Part shown: piece by piece, positions 37,269 to 46,452 of the stretch | Layout: every line of letters starts with the position of its first letter | How positions within the stretch are numbered: position 1 is the first letter of the stretch | Origin: an uncultured Flavobacteriales bacterium | GTDB taxonomy: Bacteria > Bacteroidota > Bacteroidia > Flavobacteriales > TMED113 | Assembly (NCBI GenBank): GCA_964435285.1 | Contig: CAYSYA010000001.1 | Coordinates: 22,322 to 86,321, forward strand | Reading direction: 5' to 3' | DNA length: 64,000 bases | The notes under the pieces: generated by a model | Told to the model about the DNA's origin: nothing | What the model saw: only the letters and a program-made list of their open reading frames with translations | The model's database searches: none | Program-made: the position numbers and the translations under genes

Positions 37269-37348
37269 AAATAACTATTTTAAATTTCAAAGTTAATAAA
37301 ATTGAATTTGAAAAATTTATGTTCTATTTTTGTAAAAAATATTAAACT

Positions 37349-38527
37349 ATGTCAGTAGATTTATTTGAATCACCAGATTATTTTAAGTTAGATGATTTGT
37401 TAACAATGGAGCACAAGCTGGTTCGTGATACAACTAGGAATTGGGTTAAAAAAGAGGTTTCCCCAATTATTGAAGATAGTTGTCAAAAAGCAGAATTTCC
37501 TAAACACTTAATTAAAGGTCTGGCTGATATAGGAGCTTTTGGCCCCTATATTCCAAGTAAATATGGAGGAGCCGGAATGGATCAAATCTCTTATGGTCTC
37601 ATTATGCAAGAACTTGAAAGAGGAGATAGTGGAATTAGATCTACAGCTTCTGTACAATCATCTCTTGTAATGTACCCTATTTTTAAATACGGATCTGAGG
37701 CACAAAAAAATAAATATTTACCAAAGTTAGCATCTGGTGAAATGGTTGGTTGTTTTGGATTAACAGAACCTGATTTTGGATCTAACCCTGGTGGTATGGT
37801 TACTAGTTTTGAAGACAAAGGAGATTATTTTCTACTTAATGGAGCGAAGTTGTGGATTTCAAATTCACCATTTGCTGATATTGCTATTGTATGGGCAAAG
37901 AATGAACAAGGAAGAATTAAGGGTTTAATAGTTGAAAGAGGAATGGAAGGATTTTCAACTCCAGAGACTCACAACAAGTGGAGTTTAAGAGCATCTGCAA
38001 CAGGTGAGTTAGTTTTTGATAATGTAAAGGTACCTAAAGAAAATTTATTACCTGAAAAAGATGGTTTAGGTGCCCCTCTAGGTTGTCTAGATTCTGCTAG
38101 ATTTGGTATTGCTTGGGGAGCGATTGGATGCGCAATGGATTGCTATGATACTGCTCTTAGATATTCTAAACAACGTATTCAATTTGGTAAACCCATAGCT
38201 TCTTTTCAATTACAACAAAAGAAATTAGCAGAAATGATAACTGAAATTACAAAAGCACAATTTATAACATGGCGTTTAGGTGTTTTAAGAAATGAAGATA
38301 AAGCCACTTCTGCTCAAATATCTATGTGTAAAAGAAACAATGTTGAAATAGCTCTTGATATTGCACGAAATGCTAGACAGATTCTTGGAGGTATGGGTAT
38401 TACAGGCGAATATTCTATAATGCGTCATATGATGAATTTAGAATCAGTTATTACCTACGAGGGAACACATGATATACATTTATTAATTACTGGATTAGAT
38501 ATAACTGGTGAAAATGCTTTCTCTTAA
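37349..38527 (+). CDS. acyl-CoA dehydrogenase, glutaryl-CoA dehydrogenase-like
   Basis: 392 aa with GLTEPDFGSNPGGM and TYEGTHDIHLL (catalytic Glu context typical of GCDH). Confidence 0.85.
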   Translation: MSVDLFESPDYFKLDDLLTMEHKLVRDTTRNWVKKEVSPIIEDSCQKAEFPKHLIKGLADIGAFGPYIPSKYGGAGMDQISYGLIMQELERGDSGIRSTASVQSSLVMYPIFKYGSEAQKNKYLPKLASGEMVGCFGLTEPDFGSNPGGMVTSFEDKGDYFLLNGAKLWISNSPFADIAIVWAKNEQGRIKGLIVERGMEGFSTPETHNKWSLRASATGELVFDNVKVPKENLLPEKDGLGAPLGCLDSARFGIAWGAIGCAMDCYDTALRYSKQRIQFGKPIASFQLQQKKLAEMITEITKAQFITWRLGVLRNEDKATSAQISMCKRNNVEIALDIARNARQILGGMGITGEYSIMRHMMNLESVITYEGTHDIHLLITGLDITGENAFS

Positions 38528-40300
38528 TTAAGCTTCACAACTTTTACATTCCTTAGTTTGCGCAAATTTTTGTGCTGCGTTCATACTGTGTTGATAATAC
38601 AATGATTTAAGACCTAATTTCCATGCTGTAATGTAAAGTTTATTTATTTCTTTTGCAGGCATATCTGGACTTATCATGACATTTAATGATTGACCCTGAT
38701 CAATATACGTTTGCCTTCCTGCGGCTTGAAGAATTATATCCATTTGGTCAATTTCGGCATATGTTTTAAAAACTTCTTTCTCCTTGGAACTTAAAAAGTC
38801 CAAATTTTGAACAGAGCCATCAGCATCTCTTATTGTATCCCAAACTTCTTTTGAATCTTTATTTTTCTCTTTTAGTAATTTAAGTAAAAATGGATTTTTT
38901 ATAGTGGTTTTTACTTTGGCTATATCTTTAACATAAATATTTGACCATATTGGTTCAATTCCTTGAGAAACTTGACCTAAAATAAAAGCAGATGATGTTG
39001 TTGGAGCAATAGCATTCAATGTTGCATTTCTCCTTCCGTATCCTTTGAGGGTTTTAGGCTCTCCAAAAATTTTGGCTAAATCTTCTGACGCCTTATAAGA
39101 TTTTTCTTGTATAAGTTTGAATACTTCATTATTTATTTTAAAAGATTCGGGGCTATTAAATGGAAGCATTTTTGATTGTAGAAGTGAGTGCCATCCAAGA
39201 ACCCCTAAACCAAGTGCTCTATTTTCTTTAGCAAAGTTATATGCCCTTTCCATAAATAGAAATGTTTGCTGATCATCTTTACTATTAGAGTTTCTATAGT
39301 TTTCAAGTTTTTCAAGAAATTCCGTAATGATAGCATCAAGAAAATATACCATTGTTTCAACTGCATCAGTTTTTTTCCATTTTTCATAATGAAGTACATT
39401 TAAGGACGATAAAACGCAGACAAAAGACCAATTGTCATTAGTTGGTAACATAATTTCAGTACATAAGTTACTTGCATTAATAGTGTGATTATTGTCTTTA
39501 AAAACTTCAGGAGCTCCTTGATTAGCTTTGTCTTTAAAAAAAATGTATGGGTAGCCTATTTCACCTCTTCTTTGTATAACTTTGGCCCAAAGATTTCTTT
39601 TTTCTTGATTTCCTTCAATCATGTCTTCCATCCATTTGTCAGTAACTGTAACTCCATGAGTAAGTTCTTGAATAGGGTTACCCTCAGTTCCAATGTCAAG
39701 AAATTCAGAAATATCTTTATGTTCAATTGGAAGGTAAGGAGAAAACCGACCTCTTCTGACAGAACCTTGACTAACCACATCAACCATACTTTCAAATAGC
39801 TGCATAATATGAACTGAACCAGAGGCTTCTCCATTGTTAGTTACTGCAGCACCACGGTGTCTAATATGACCAAAATAACCAGAAGTACCCCCTCCAAGTT
39901 TAGACATCATTCCAACCTCAGACTGACTATATAAAATATTACCCATATCGTCAGAGACATTAGATCCAAAGCAGCTAATTGGAAGACCTCTTTTTTTTCC
40001 GAAGTTTGACCACACAGGCGATGCTAAGGAGTAAAATCCTTCTGACATGTACTTAAAAAACTTGTCTCCATAACCTTTAATTCCTAAAATTTCTTCAGCC
40101 CTATCCGCAATTTCTCTGATTCTGATTTCGGCAGAAACTTCAGGGTTTATATAACCTGCAGCTAAAAATTGTCTACTGTGTTCTGTTAACCATTTAAAAT
40201 TATTATTTTCTAATTTCTCCTTACCTATTGTATTATTATTGTCATTTATTTGTTGGTTAGTGAGATTTTCTTTTGCTGTTTGATTAAGTAATTTTTCCAT
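38528..40300 (-). CDS. nrdA: ribonucleoside-diphosphate reductase alpha subunit, lacking an ATP-cone
   Basis: 590 aa. Catalytic residues LPISCFG and SNLCTEI, the YY pair SLYYQH and C-terminal CKSCEA are present. The N-terminus is N/Q-rich with no K-R-D-G type cone. Confidence 0.92.
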   Translation of the reverse strand: MEKLLNQTAKENLTNQQINDNNNTIGKEKLENNNFKWLTEHSRQFLAAGYINPEVSAEIRIREIADRAEEILGIKGYGDKFFKYMSEGFYSLASPVWSNFGKKRGLPISCFGSNVSDDMGNILYSQSEVGMMSKLGGGTSGYFGHIRHRGAAVTNNGEASGSVHIMQLFESMVDVVSQGSVRRGRFSPYLPIEHKDISEFLDIGTEGNPIQELTHGVTVTDKWMEDMIEGNQEKRNLWAKVIQRRGEIGYPYIFFKDKANQGAPEVFKDNNHTINASNLCTEIMLPTNDNWSFVCVLSSLNVLHYEKWKKTDAVETMVYFLDAIITEFLEKLENYRNSNSKDDQQTFLFMERAYNFAKENRALGLGVLGWHSLLQSKMLPFNSPESFKINNEVFKLIQEKSYKASEDLAKIFGEPKTLKGYGRRNATLNAIAPTTSSAFILGQVSQGIEPIWSNIYVKDIAKVKTTIKNPFLLKLLKEKNKDSKEVWDTIRDADGSVQNLDFLSSKEKEVFKTYAEIDQMDIILQAAGRQTYIDQGQSLNVMISPDMPAKEINKLYITAWKLGLKSLYYQHSMNAAQKFAQTKECKSCEA

Positions 40301-40301
40301 G

Positions 40302-41576
40302 TTAAAATAGGTCTTCTCCTGTTATACTTTGTGATTTTTTGCTATAATTTATTGATCTTTTGACGAAAAAATCTCCGTGTTTTGTAGCGATAAGTTCGTC
40401 ATTAAACCATTCGGTTTTTTCTAATATTGATTGGTTTGTTTCGAAGATTTTATCAACACCAATACTTTCTAGTGATCTATTGAATCTGTCTTTTATAAAT
40501 TCGTTAATTTCTTCTTTTGGTAAGAAATCTAATTCTCCTTTTTCAAAAATCCAATCAATAATTGCGCTTTCAGCTTCATAAGCGTTCTTACACATTTCTT
40601 GAATTCTACTTTCATATAATACATCAAACCATTCTGGGTTTTCAGATTTAATGATTTTTATAAGATCAATTCCAAAATCTCCATGTATTTGTTCTTCTTT
40701 TGATGTTGCTTCAACAACATTTGAGACTCCCTTGAGCATATTTTTATGTTTATTGAAGGCCATAATAATTAGAAATTGAGAAAATAGAGAGACGTGTTCA
40801 ATAAAAAGTGAAAACAGAAGAACCGCTTCTGCATATTCTTTATTTTCTTCGCTTTTTGAACTGGCAAGAGCTGATTCTAAGTACCTAACTCTTTTCATAA
40901 TTACAGGATTTTTCTTGAGATTTTTAAATTCTTCATTTAGACCCAGAATTTCTAGAAGGTGTGAGTAAGCATCAGCGTGCCTAACTTCACTTTCAGCAAA
41001 AGTTGCGCCAACAGAGCCAATTTCAGGTTTTGGGATTTTGTGATAAATATCACCCCAAAAACTTTTAACAGCAACTTCTATTTGAGAAATTGCAAGCATG
41101 GTATTTTTTATAGCATTTTTTTCAAGGTCTGTTAGGCGGGTTTTGAAATCTTGTATATCACTTGTGAAATTAAATTCAGTGTGAATCCAATAGGAATGCC
41201 TAATAGCAGGAACGTATTCATATAGTTCAGGATATTCAAATGGTTTGAGAGTGATTCTTTTTTCAAAAACATTTCTCTTTCGTTTTTGATTTTGAGTATT
41301 TCTATAAAGAATATATGCTTTTGCAACATCTAAGAATTCACTTTGCATCAATTTTTTTTCAACTAAGTCTTGTATTTCTTCTACGTTAGGTGTGTAGTTT
41401 GGTATTTTAATAGCACGAGCGATTAAGCTTTTATTTACTTCGTTTGCAATATGTTCTGCGTCACTTAAACTTCCGTTATCAACAGAAATCATCGCCTTAA
41501 GTATTGCATCAGTTATTTTCTCTAATTTGAATTGTCTTTTTTCATGACTTCGTTTAAAAATACTTTCTACTTGCAT
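40302..41576 (-). CDS. nrdB: ribonucleoside-diphosphate reductase beta subunit with N-terminal ATP-cone
   Basis: 424 aa. Residues 1 to about 95 form an ATP-cone (IFKRSHEKRQFKLEKI...VEEIQDLVEKKL...VAKAYILYRN). The ferritin-like core has ligands QIEVA, ESEVRH (Tyr at H+4), FIEHV and EEQIH. Confidence 0.92.
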   Translation of the reverse strand: MQVESIFKRSHEKRQFKLEKITDAILKAMISVDNGSLSDAEHIANEVNKSLIARAIKIPNYTPNVEEIQDLVEKKLMQSEFLDVAKAYILYRNTQNQKRKRNVFEKRITLKPFEYPELYEYVPAIRHSYWIHTEFNFTSDIQDFKTRLTDLEKNAIKNTMLAISQIEVAVKSFWGDIYHKIPKPEIGSVGATFAESEVRHADAYSHLLEILGLNEEFKNLKKNPVIMKRVRYLESALASSKSEENKEYAEAVLLFSLFIEHVSLFSQFLIIMAFNKHKNMLKGVSNVVEATSKEEQIHGDFGIDLIKIIKSENPEWFDVLYESRIQEMCKNAYEAESAIIDWIFEKGELDFLPKEEINEFIKDRFNRSLESIGVDKIFETNQSILEKTEWFNDELIATKHGDFFVKRSINYSKKSQSITGEDLF

Positions 41577-41974
41577 ATTATATTTCTTTAATTTTTGGTC
41601 TAACTATTCTTCCAAAATTACAATTAAACAATATTGTTTTTTTATTATTTAAAATCTCTTTTCAACAATTTTTTTTTCATAAAAATTGTCAACAAACCTG
41701 TGAAGATTATTTGTTTGTGTTTTTTTTTCTTAATACAAGAAAAATTTAGTCAAAAATCTCCAGGCAACTACAAGTTGTATTGCCGTATTAATGGTTAGAA
41801 AAAATTCTATTTTAACGTAGGATAACTACGCATGACAAATATTTAACATTAAATTAAATTGCACAACATACTTATGTAAAAAAAATGAAATACTTATTAA
41901 CAATTTAGTACAGTTTGTAATTAATAAGTCATGAAAATATATTTGAATAATTGTTAAAAAGTTAAAAGTAACTT

Positions 41975-42535
41975 TTAGTAAGCTTCAATTTTTGAAATCA
42001 GATTCTGATACCAATCTTTTCCATATTTCCTAATCAATGCCTCTTTTAAAAAAATATAAACAGGGACTTTTAGTTTTTCACCTAAACTACAGGCATGATT
42101 ACATATACTCCAATGTTCGTAATTTAGTTTATCAAATATATTTTGCTTTTCAACTCTTATTGGATATAAATGACATGAAATTGGTTTTTTAAAATTTATT
42201 TCACCTTTGTTATAACTTTCTTCAAAAACACATTTTGTTACACCGTTTTTTTTAATAGAATAAACACACTCTTTTCCATTATTTAGAGGTGTTTCTAGTT
42301 CTCCATTTTTTAACTCAATATACATACCCTCCTTTTTTATTTGCTCCAAACTTTTCTTGCTTAATCTTTTTTTAATTTTTCCGAACGAATTTTTAATATC
42401 TAATATTTCTTTCTTTTCTAGAGGAGCTCCTGATTCACCTTCAACGCAACAAGCGCCTTTACATGCTCTTAAATCACAAACAAATTTTTTTTCCAAAATT
42501 TCTTTACTAATGAGCGTATTTTTAACAAAAATCAT
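41975..42535 (-). CDS. DUF3109-like cysteine-rich protein
   Basis: The start is moved to ATG 42535 (MIFVKNTLISKEILEKKFVCDLRACKGACCVEGESGAPL). Later Cys motifs are CHLYPIR and CNHAC. Confidence 0.65.
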   Translation of the reverse strand: MIFVKNTLISKEILEKKFVCDLRACKGACCVEGESGAPLEKKEILDIKNSFGKIKKRLSKKSLEQIKKEGMYIELKNGELETPLNNGKECVYSIKKNGVTKCVFEESYNKGEINFKKPISCHLYPIRVEKQNIFDKLNYEHWSICNHACSLGEKLKVPVYIFLKEALIRKYGKDWYQNLISKIEAY

Positions 42536-42590
42536 TTTTATAATTATTTCATTAAAAATAGTAATTCTTTTTTCATTACTTTTGGTCATT

Positions 42591-44111
42591 ATGAGTAAAA
42601 AAGAACAAACTTTAAAATCAATAATTTCTCATTGTAAAGAGTATGGATTTGTTTTTCCTTCAAGTGAAATTTATGATGGTCTCTCTGCTTTTTATGATTA
42701 TGGTCCAAATGGAGTAGAGTTAAAGAACAATATTAAAAAACAATGGTGGAAAACAATGGTTCAGTACAGATCAGATGTTGTAGGTTTGGATTCTGCCATT
42801 TTCATGCATCCTAAAATATGGAAAGCATCTGGTCACACAGATGCTTTTAATGACCCACTTATTGACAACAAAGATTCCAAAAAAAGATACAGAGCAGATG
42901 AATTAATTGAAACTTATATTCAAAAATTAAATATCAAAATTGAAAAAGAGACTCATAAGGCTCAAAAAAGGTTTGGTGAAAATTTTGATAAGGAAAAATT
43001 TTATAAAACATCACCACGTATAGTTAAGTATCTAAGTCAGATAGAAGTTGTTACAAAAGAAATGAGTGAATTTTTAGAAAATGAAGATTATAATGGACTA
43101 AAACAATTAATTGAAAATTTAAAAATTGTATGCCCAGTATCGGGTACGTGTAATTGGACAGATATTCGACAATTTAATTTGATGTTTGGCACCAGGGTTG
43201 GATCTGTAGCTGATGAAGCTGTAGAACTTTTTTTAAGACCTGAAACAGCACAAGGAATTTTTGTAAACTTTCTTAATGTACAAAAAACTGCTAGAATGAA
43301 AATACCATTTGGTATAGCTCAGGTTGGAAAAGCGTTTAGAAATGAAATTATAGCTCGTCAATTCATTTTTAGAATGAGAGAATTCGAACAAATGGAAATG
43401 CAATTTTTTGTTGAACCAGGAAAAGAAGAAGAATGGTTCAATTATTGGAAAGCAGAACGAATCAAATGGCATAAAAATCTAGGAATTCCTCAATCTAATT
43501 TGAAGTTCCATGATCACGAAAAATTAGCTCACTATGCAAACGCAGCAACTGATATTGAGTTTAAATTTCCATTTGGTTTTAAAGAAATAGAAGGGATTCA
43601 CTCTAGAACAGACTTTGACTTAAAAAATCATTCTAATGAGGTCAATAAAAAAATTCAATATTTTGACTCAAAACTAAATAAGAGTTATACTCCTTATGTA
43701 GTTGAAACTTCCATTGGACTAGATAGAATGTTTCTTGCCATAATTTGTGAATCTTACTGTGAGGAAACAAAAAATAATGAAAAAAGAGTACTATTAAAAT
43801 TACCACCAATTTTAGCACCATATAAAGTTGCAATCTTACCGTTGGTTAAAAAAGATAATTTACCAAAAATCGCAAAGCAAATTTTTAACAAATTAAATAA
43901 AGAATTCAATTGTTACTATGAAGAAAAAGATTCTATTGGTAAAAGATACAGAAGGCAAGATGCGATAGGGACACCGTTTTGTATAACTGTTGACCACAAT
44001 ACGCTAGAAGATGATTGCGTAACATTTAGAAATAGAGACGACATGAGTCAAGAAAGAGTCAAAATAGAATTTTTAAATGAGTTCATTAATAAAAAATTAT
44101 TAATCGGTTAA
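42591..44111 (+). CDS. glyQS: glycine--tRNA ligase (alpha2 dimeric type)
   Basis: The track ORF starts at 42357 inside the divergent gene. ATG 42591 gives MSKKEQTLKSIISHCKEYGFVFPSSEIYDGL. Class II motifs RPETAQGIFVNF and FRNE are present. Confidence 0.93.
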   Translation: MSKKEQTLKSIISHCKEYGFVFPSSEIYDGLSAFYDYGPNGVELKNNIKKQWWKTMVQYRSDVVGLDSAIFMHPKIWKASGHTDAFNDPLIDNKDSKKRYRADELIETYIQKLNIKIEKETHKAQKRFGENFDKEKFYKTSPRIVKYLSQIEVVTKEMSEFLENEDYNGLKQLIENLKIVCPVSGTCNWTDIRQFNLMFGTRVGSVADEAVELFLRPETAQGIFVNFLNVQKTARMKIPFGIAQVGKAFRNEIIARQFIFRMREFEQMEMQFFVEPGKEEEWFNYWKAERIKWHKNLGIPQSNLKFHDHEKLAHYANAATDIEFKFPFGFKEIEGIHSRTDFDLKNHSNEVNKKIQYFDSKLNKSYTPYVVETSIGLDRMFLAIICESYCEETKNNEKRVLLKLPPILAPYKVAILPLVKKDNLPKIAKQIFNKLNKEFNCYYEEKDSIGKRYRRQDAIGTPFCITVDHNTLEDDCVTFRNRDDMSQERVKIEFLNEFINKKLLIG

Positions 44112-44221
44112 AATGGTTAGATGGTTTTTGGTGTTTCAGTAACAAAATATGTTCTTTGAAAATAGTTTTTAGTTTTTATAAACATATTTCCTTGAACTAT
44201 TTGACAAAGAAAAAAGATTGT

Positions 44222-44258
44222 TGAAATATAAAAAACTCTCTTTTAAAAAGAGAGTTTT
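44222..44258 (-). terminator. rho-independent terminator downstream of tRNA-Phe
   Basis: A perfect 9-bp stem, AAAACTCTC (44232-44240) / GAGAGTTTT (44250-44258). On the minus strand it is followed by TTTTTATATTT. Confidence 0.45.
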
Positions 44259-44265
44259 AATAGAG

Positions 44266-44338
44266 TGGTACCACCAGGAATCGAACCAGGGACACAAGGA
44301 TTTTCAGTCCTTTGCTCTACCAACTGAGCTATGGTACC
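44266..44338 (-). tRNA. tRNA-Phe (anticodon GAA)
   Basis: Hand fold of the 73-nt minus-strand sequence GGTACCA-TA-GCTC-AGTTGGTA-GAGC-A-AAGGA-CTGAAAA-TCCTT-GTGTC-CCTGG-TTCGATT-CCTGG-TGGTACC-A. The T stem has a U51-U63 mismatch. No encoded CCA. Confidence 0.9.
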
Positions 44339-44351
44339 GTAAAAATGTTTT

Positions 44352-44359
44352 CAAATATA
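44352..44359 (-). promoter_or_regulatory. candidate -7 box TATATTTG for tRNA-Phe
   Basis: The minus strand reads TATATTTG, then 13 nt, then tRNA position 1. This is the same octamer and spacing as at tRNA-Leu. Confidence 0.35.
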
Positions 44360-44427
44360 TAACATTATTTAGAATAAATAATATAGTATGTTTTCATAAA
44401 TTTATTGAAAACATTGTTTCTAGATAA

Positions 44428-45156
44428 ATGAAATTAATAATAGATGTTGGAAATACGAATACAAAACTAGCTGTAGTTGAGAAAAAAAATATCTTAAAAA
44501 GATACATTTATAGATCGAATCTTAAAATTGATTTATCACTAATCTTCTCAAAATTCCAAAAAATTAAGTATATTTTTTTTTGTGGAAAAAATAAAATTTT
44601 AGAAAAACATATATACAGTATAATTAAAGATAAATCTGTTAGAATATTTTACTGGGAAAGTATTAGCAAATTTATGATAGGAATTGAATACGATAAAATT
44701 GATAGTTTGGGTTATGATAGAATTGGCGGTTCCATTGGGGCACTATTTACTTTCCCTAATTTTAAAAATCATTTGATAATTGATATAGGTACTTGTATAA
44801 CATACGACATAGTCGCAGATAATATTTACAAAGGAGGACAAATTAGCCCTGGAATTAATTTAAGATTGAAATCATTATCTGATGTAAACAGTAAATTACC
44901 AAATTTAAAATTTCAAGAACCAAATAATTTTTTGGGAAAATCTACATTTGAAAGTATTCAATCTGGGGTTTTTTTTGGCATTTATGATGAAATTGAGTCA
45001 AGAATTTTATTTTACAACAATAAGTTTAAAAATCTTAATACTGTAATTACTGGTGGTGATTCTATTTTTTTTAAAAAAAGGATTAAAAATGTCAATTTTG
45101 ATGATGACATATTAATGAAAGGGTTAAATTTGTTATTAGAATACAATGTTAAATAA
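44428..45156 (+). CDS. coaX: type III pantothenate kinase
   Basis: 242 aa with MKLIIDVGNTNTKLAV and IIDIGTCITYD. Confidence 0.88.
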   Translation: MKLIIDVGNTNTKLAVVEKKNILKRYIYRSNLKIDLSLIFSKFQKIKYIFFCGKNKILEKHIYSIIKDKSVRIFYWESISKFMIGIEYDKIDSLGYDRIGGSIGALFTFPNFKNHLIIDIGTCITYDIVADNIYKGGQISPGINLRLKSLSDVNSKLPNLKFQEPNNFLGKSTFESIQSGVFFGIYDEIESRILFYNNKFKNLNTVITGGDSIFFKKRIKNVNFDDDILMKGLNLLLEYNVK

Positions 45157-46450
45157 TAGTTTATATATAGTTTTCATACTTATTGCTTGTTTTGCAAACT
45201 CTCAAGTAAACACAAATTCACCTTACTCATTTTATGGTCTTGGAAATATAAGTCAAACAGGTTTTTCCCAAAACATCGGTATGAGTGGTATTTCTAACGC
45301 TTTAAATGATATTTATCATTTAAACTTTCAGAACCCGGCAAGTTATTCTTTTTTAAAACTAACGTCGGCTGAGTTAGGTTTTCAAATAAATAATTATACA
45401 ATGCGTCAAGCAGATTTAAAAAAATCAGATTTATTCGGAAATATAGTTGGTTTTGGTTTAGGTTTCCCAGTCTCCAATAACTCAGCTGTTTCGCTTGGCT
45501 TCAGGCCCTACAGTGTTATTGGCTATTATGTTGAATATAATGACAATCAAGATCAAGAATTCAATGATTTAGATTTTACCCAGATTACGTATAATTTTTC
45601 AGGAAATGGTGGGTTAAATAAAGTAATTTTTGGTTCTGCGCACAAACTACGGTTTAATGAAAGTTTTATTATTTCGGCAGGTCTAAATCTCAATTATTAT
45701 TTTGGTACAATTTCAAGATTGAACTCAATTGAAATTGATTCAGCGGGATTTAATAATTACAGAGAAAATCGTTCTACGAAAGTTAGAGATTTTCAGTTAA
45801 GTTATGGCCTCATTTTAGACAAGAAAATTTCCAGTTCTAACCTATCAATAGGTTTTATTTACACCCCTAAAAGTAAGTTAAATTCTACTGAAAATTTATA
45901 TTCCCACACTTACACTTTATCGGGACAATACGAATATTTTGGGGATACAATTAATAATTTTATTGAACAAAATGGTTTTTTGGAACTACCAACTTTTTTA
46001 AGCGCAGGAATAAATCTTTATAATAGCAATAATTGGTTAGTTGGATTCGATTATAATTATTCAAATTGGTCAAGCTATAAACAGTTTAACACTTCATCAA
46101 ATTATATTGAGGACTTAAGTGAGTTTATTGTTGGAGGTTATTATATTCCAAAAATAGATGATATTCACAATTATTGGAATAGAGTTCAGTACCGTTTAGG
46201 TTTTTCATATTCCTCTGGTTATTTAAATTTAGATTCTTTTCAATTGAATGAAGCTGGTTTACTAAAGGATTTTAAATTAAGTTTTGGAATAGGGTTACCA
46301 ATTCCAAAAAATATGAGTCAATTAAATTTAAGTTGTCAAATAGGTAGAAGGGGAACAAGTCAAGGTATTTTAATTAGTGAAAGATATATAAATTTTATAT
46401 TTTCAATGACTTTTAATGATAAATGGTTTAATAAACGCAAAATTCAATAA
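45146..46450 (+). CDS. uncharacterised outer-membrane beta-barrel protein (FadL/porin-like by eye)
   Basis: 434 aa. Signal peptide MLNNSLYIVFILIACFANSQ, then NSPYSFYGLGN, and many alternating-hydrophobic strands (VQYRLGFSYSSGY, FKLSFGIGLPI, LNLSCQIGRRG). Confidence 0.5.
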   Translation: MLNNSLYIVFILIACFANSQVNTNSPYSFYGLGNISQTGFSQNIGMSGISNALNDIYHLNFQNPASYSFLKLTSAELGFQINNYTMRQADLKKSDLFGNIVGFGLGFPVSNNSAVSLGFRPYSVIGYYVEYNDNQDQEFNDLDFTQITYNFSGNGGLNKVIFGSAHKLRFNESFIISAGLNLNYYFGTISRLNSIEIDSAGFNNYRENRSTKVRDFQLSYGLILDKKISSSNLSIGFIYTPKSKLNSTENLYSHTYTLSGQYEYFGDTINNFIEQNGFLELPTFLSAGINLYNSNNWLVGFDYNYSNWSSYKQFNTSSNYIEDLSEFIVGGYYIPKIDDIHNYWNRVQYRLGFSYSSGYLNLDSFQLNEAGLLKDFKLSFGIGLPIPKNMSQLNLSCQIGRRGTSQGILISERYINFIFSMTFNDKWFNKRKIQ

Positions 46451-46452
46451 TA

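Noticed and set aside
41938-41945. Plus-strand TATATTTG box in the long intergenic region, pointing antisense into the DUF3109 gene
   Set aside because: At this base composition the octamer is expected roughly ten or more times by chance in 64 kb (rough estimate, not counted). Nothing recognisable lies downstream.
42357-42590. 78-aa N-terminal extension of the glycyl-tRNA ligase ORF
   Set aside because: It overlaps the divergent DUF3109 gene and has nonsense composition. The conserved GlyRS N-terminus begins at ATG 42591.
44218-44427. 69-aa plus-strand ORF
   Set aside because: It runs antisense straight through tRNA-Phe and its terminator and promoter. It has no protein-like features and is an ORF-finder artefact.
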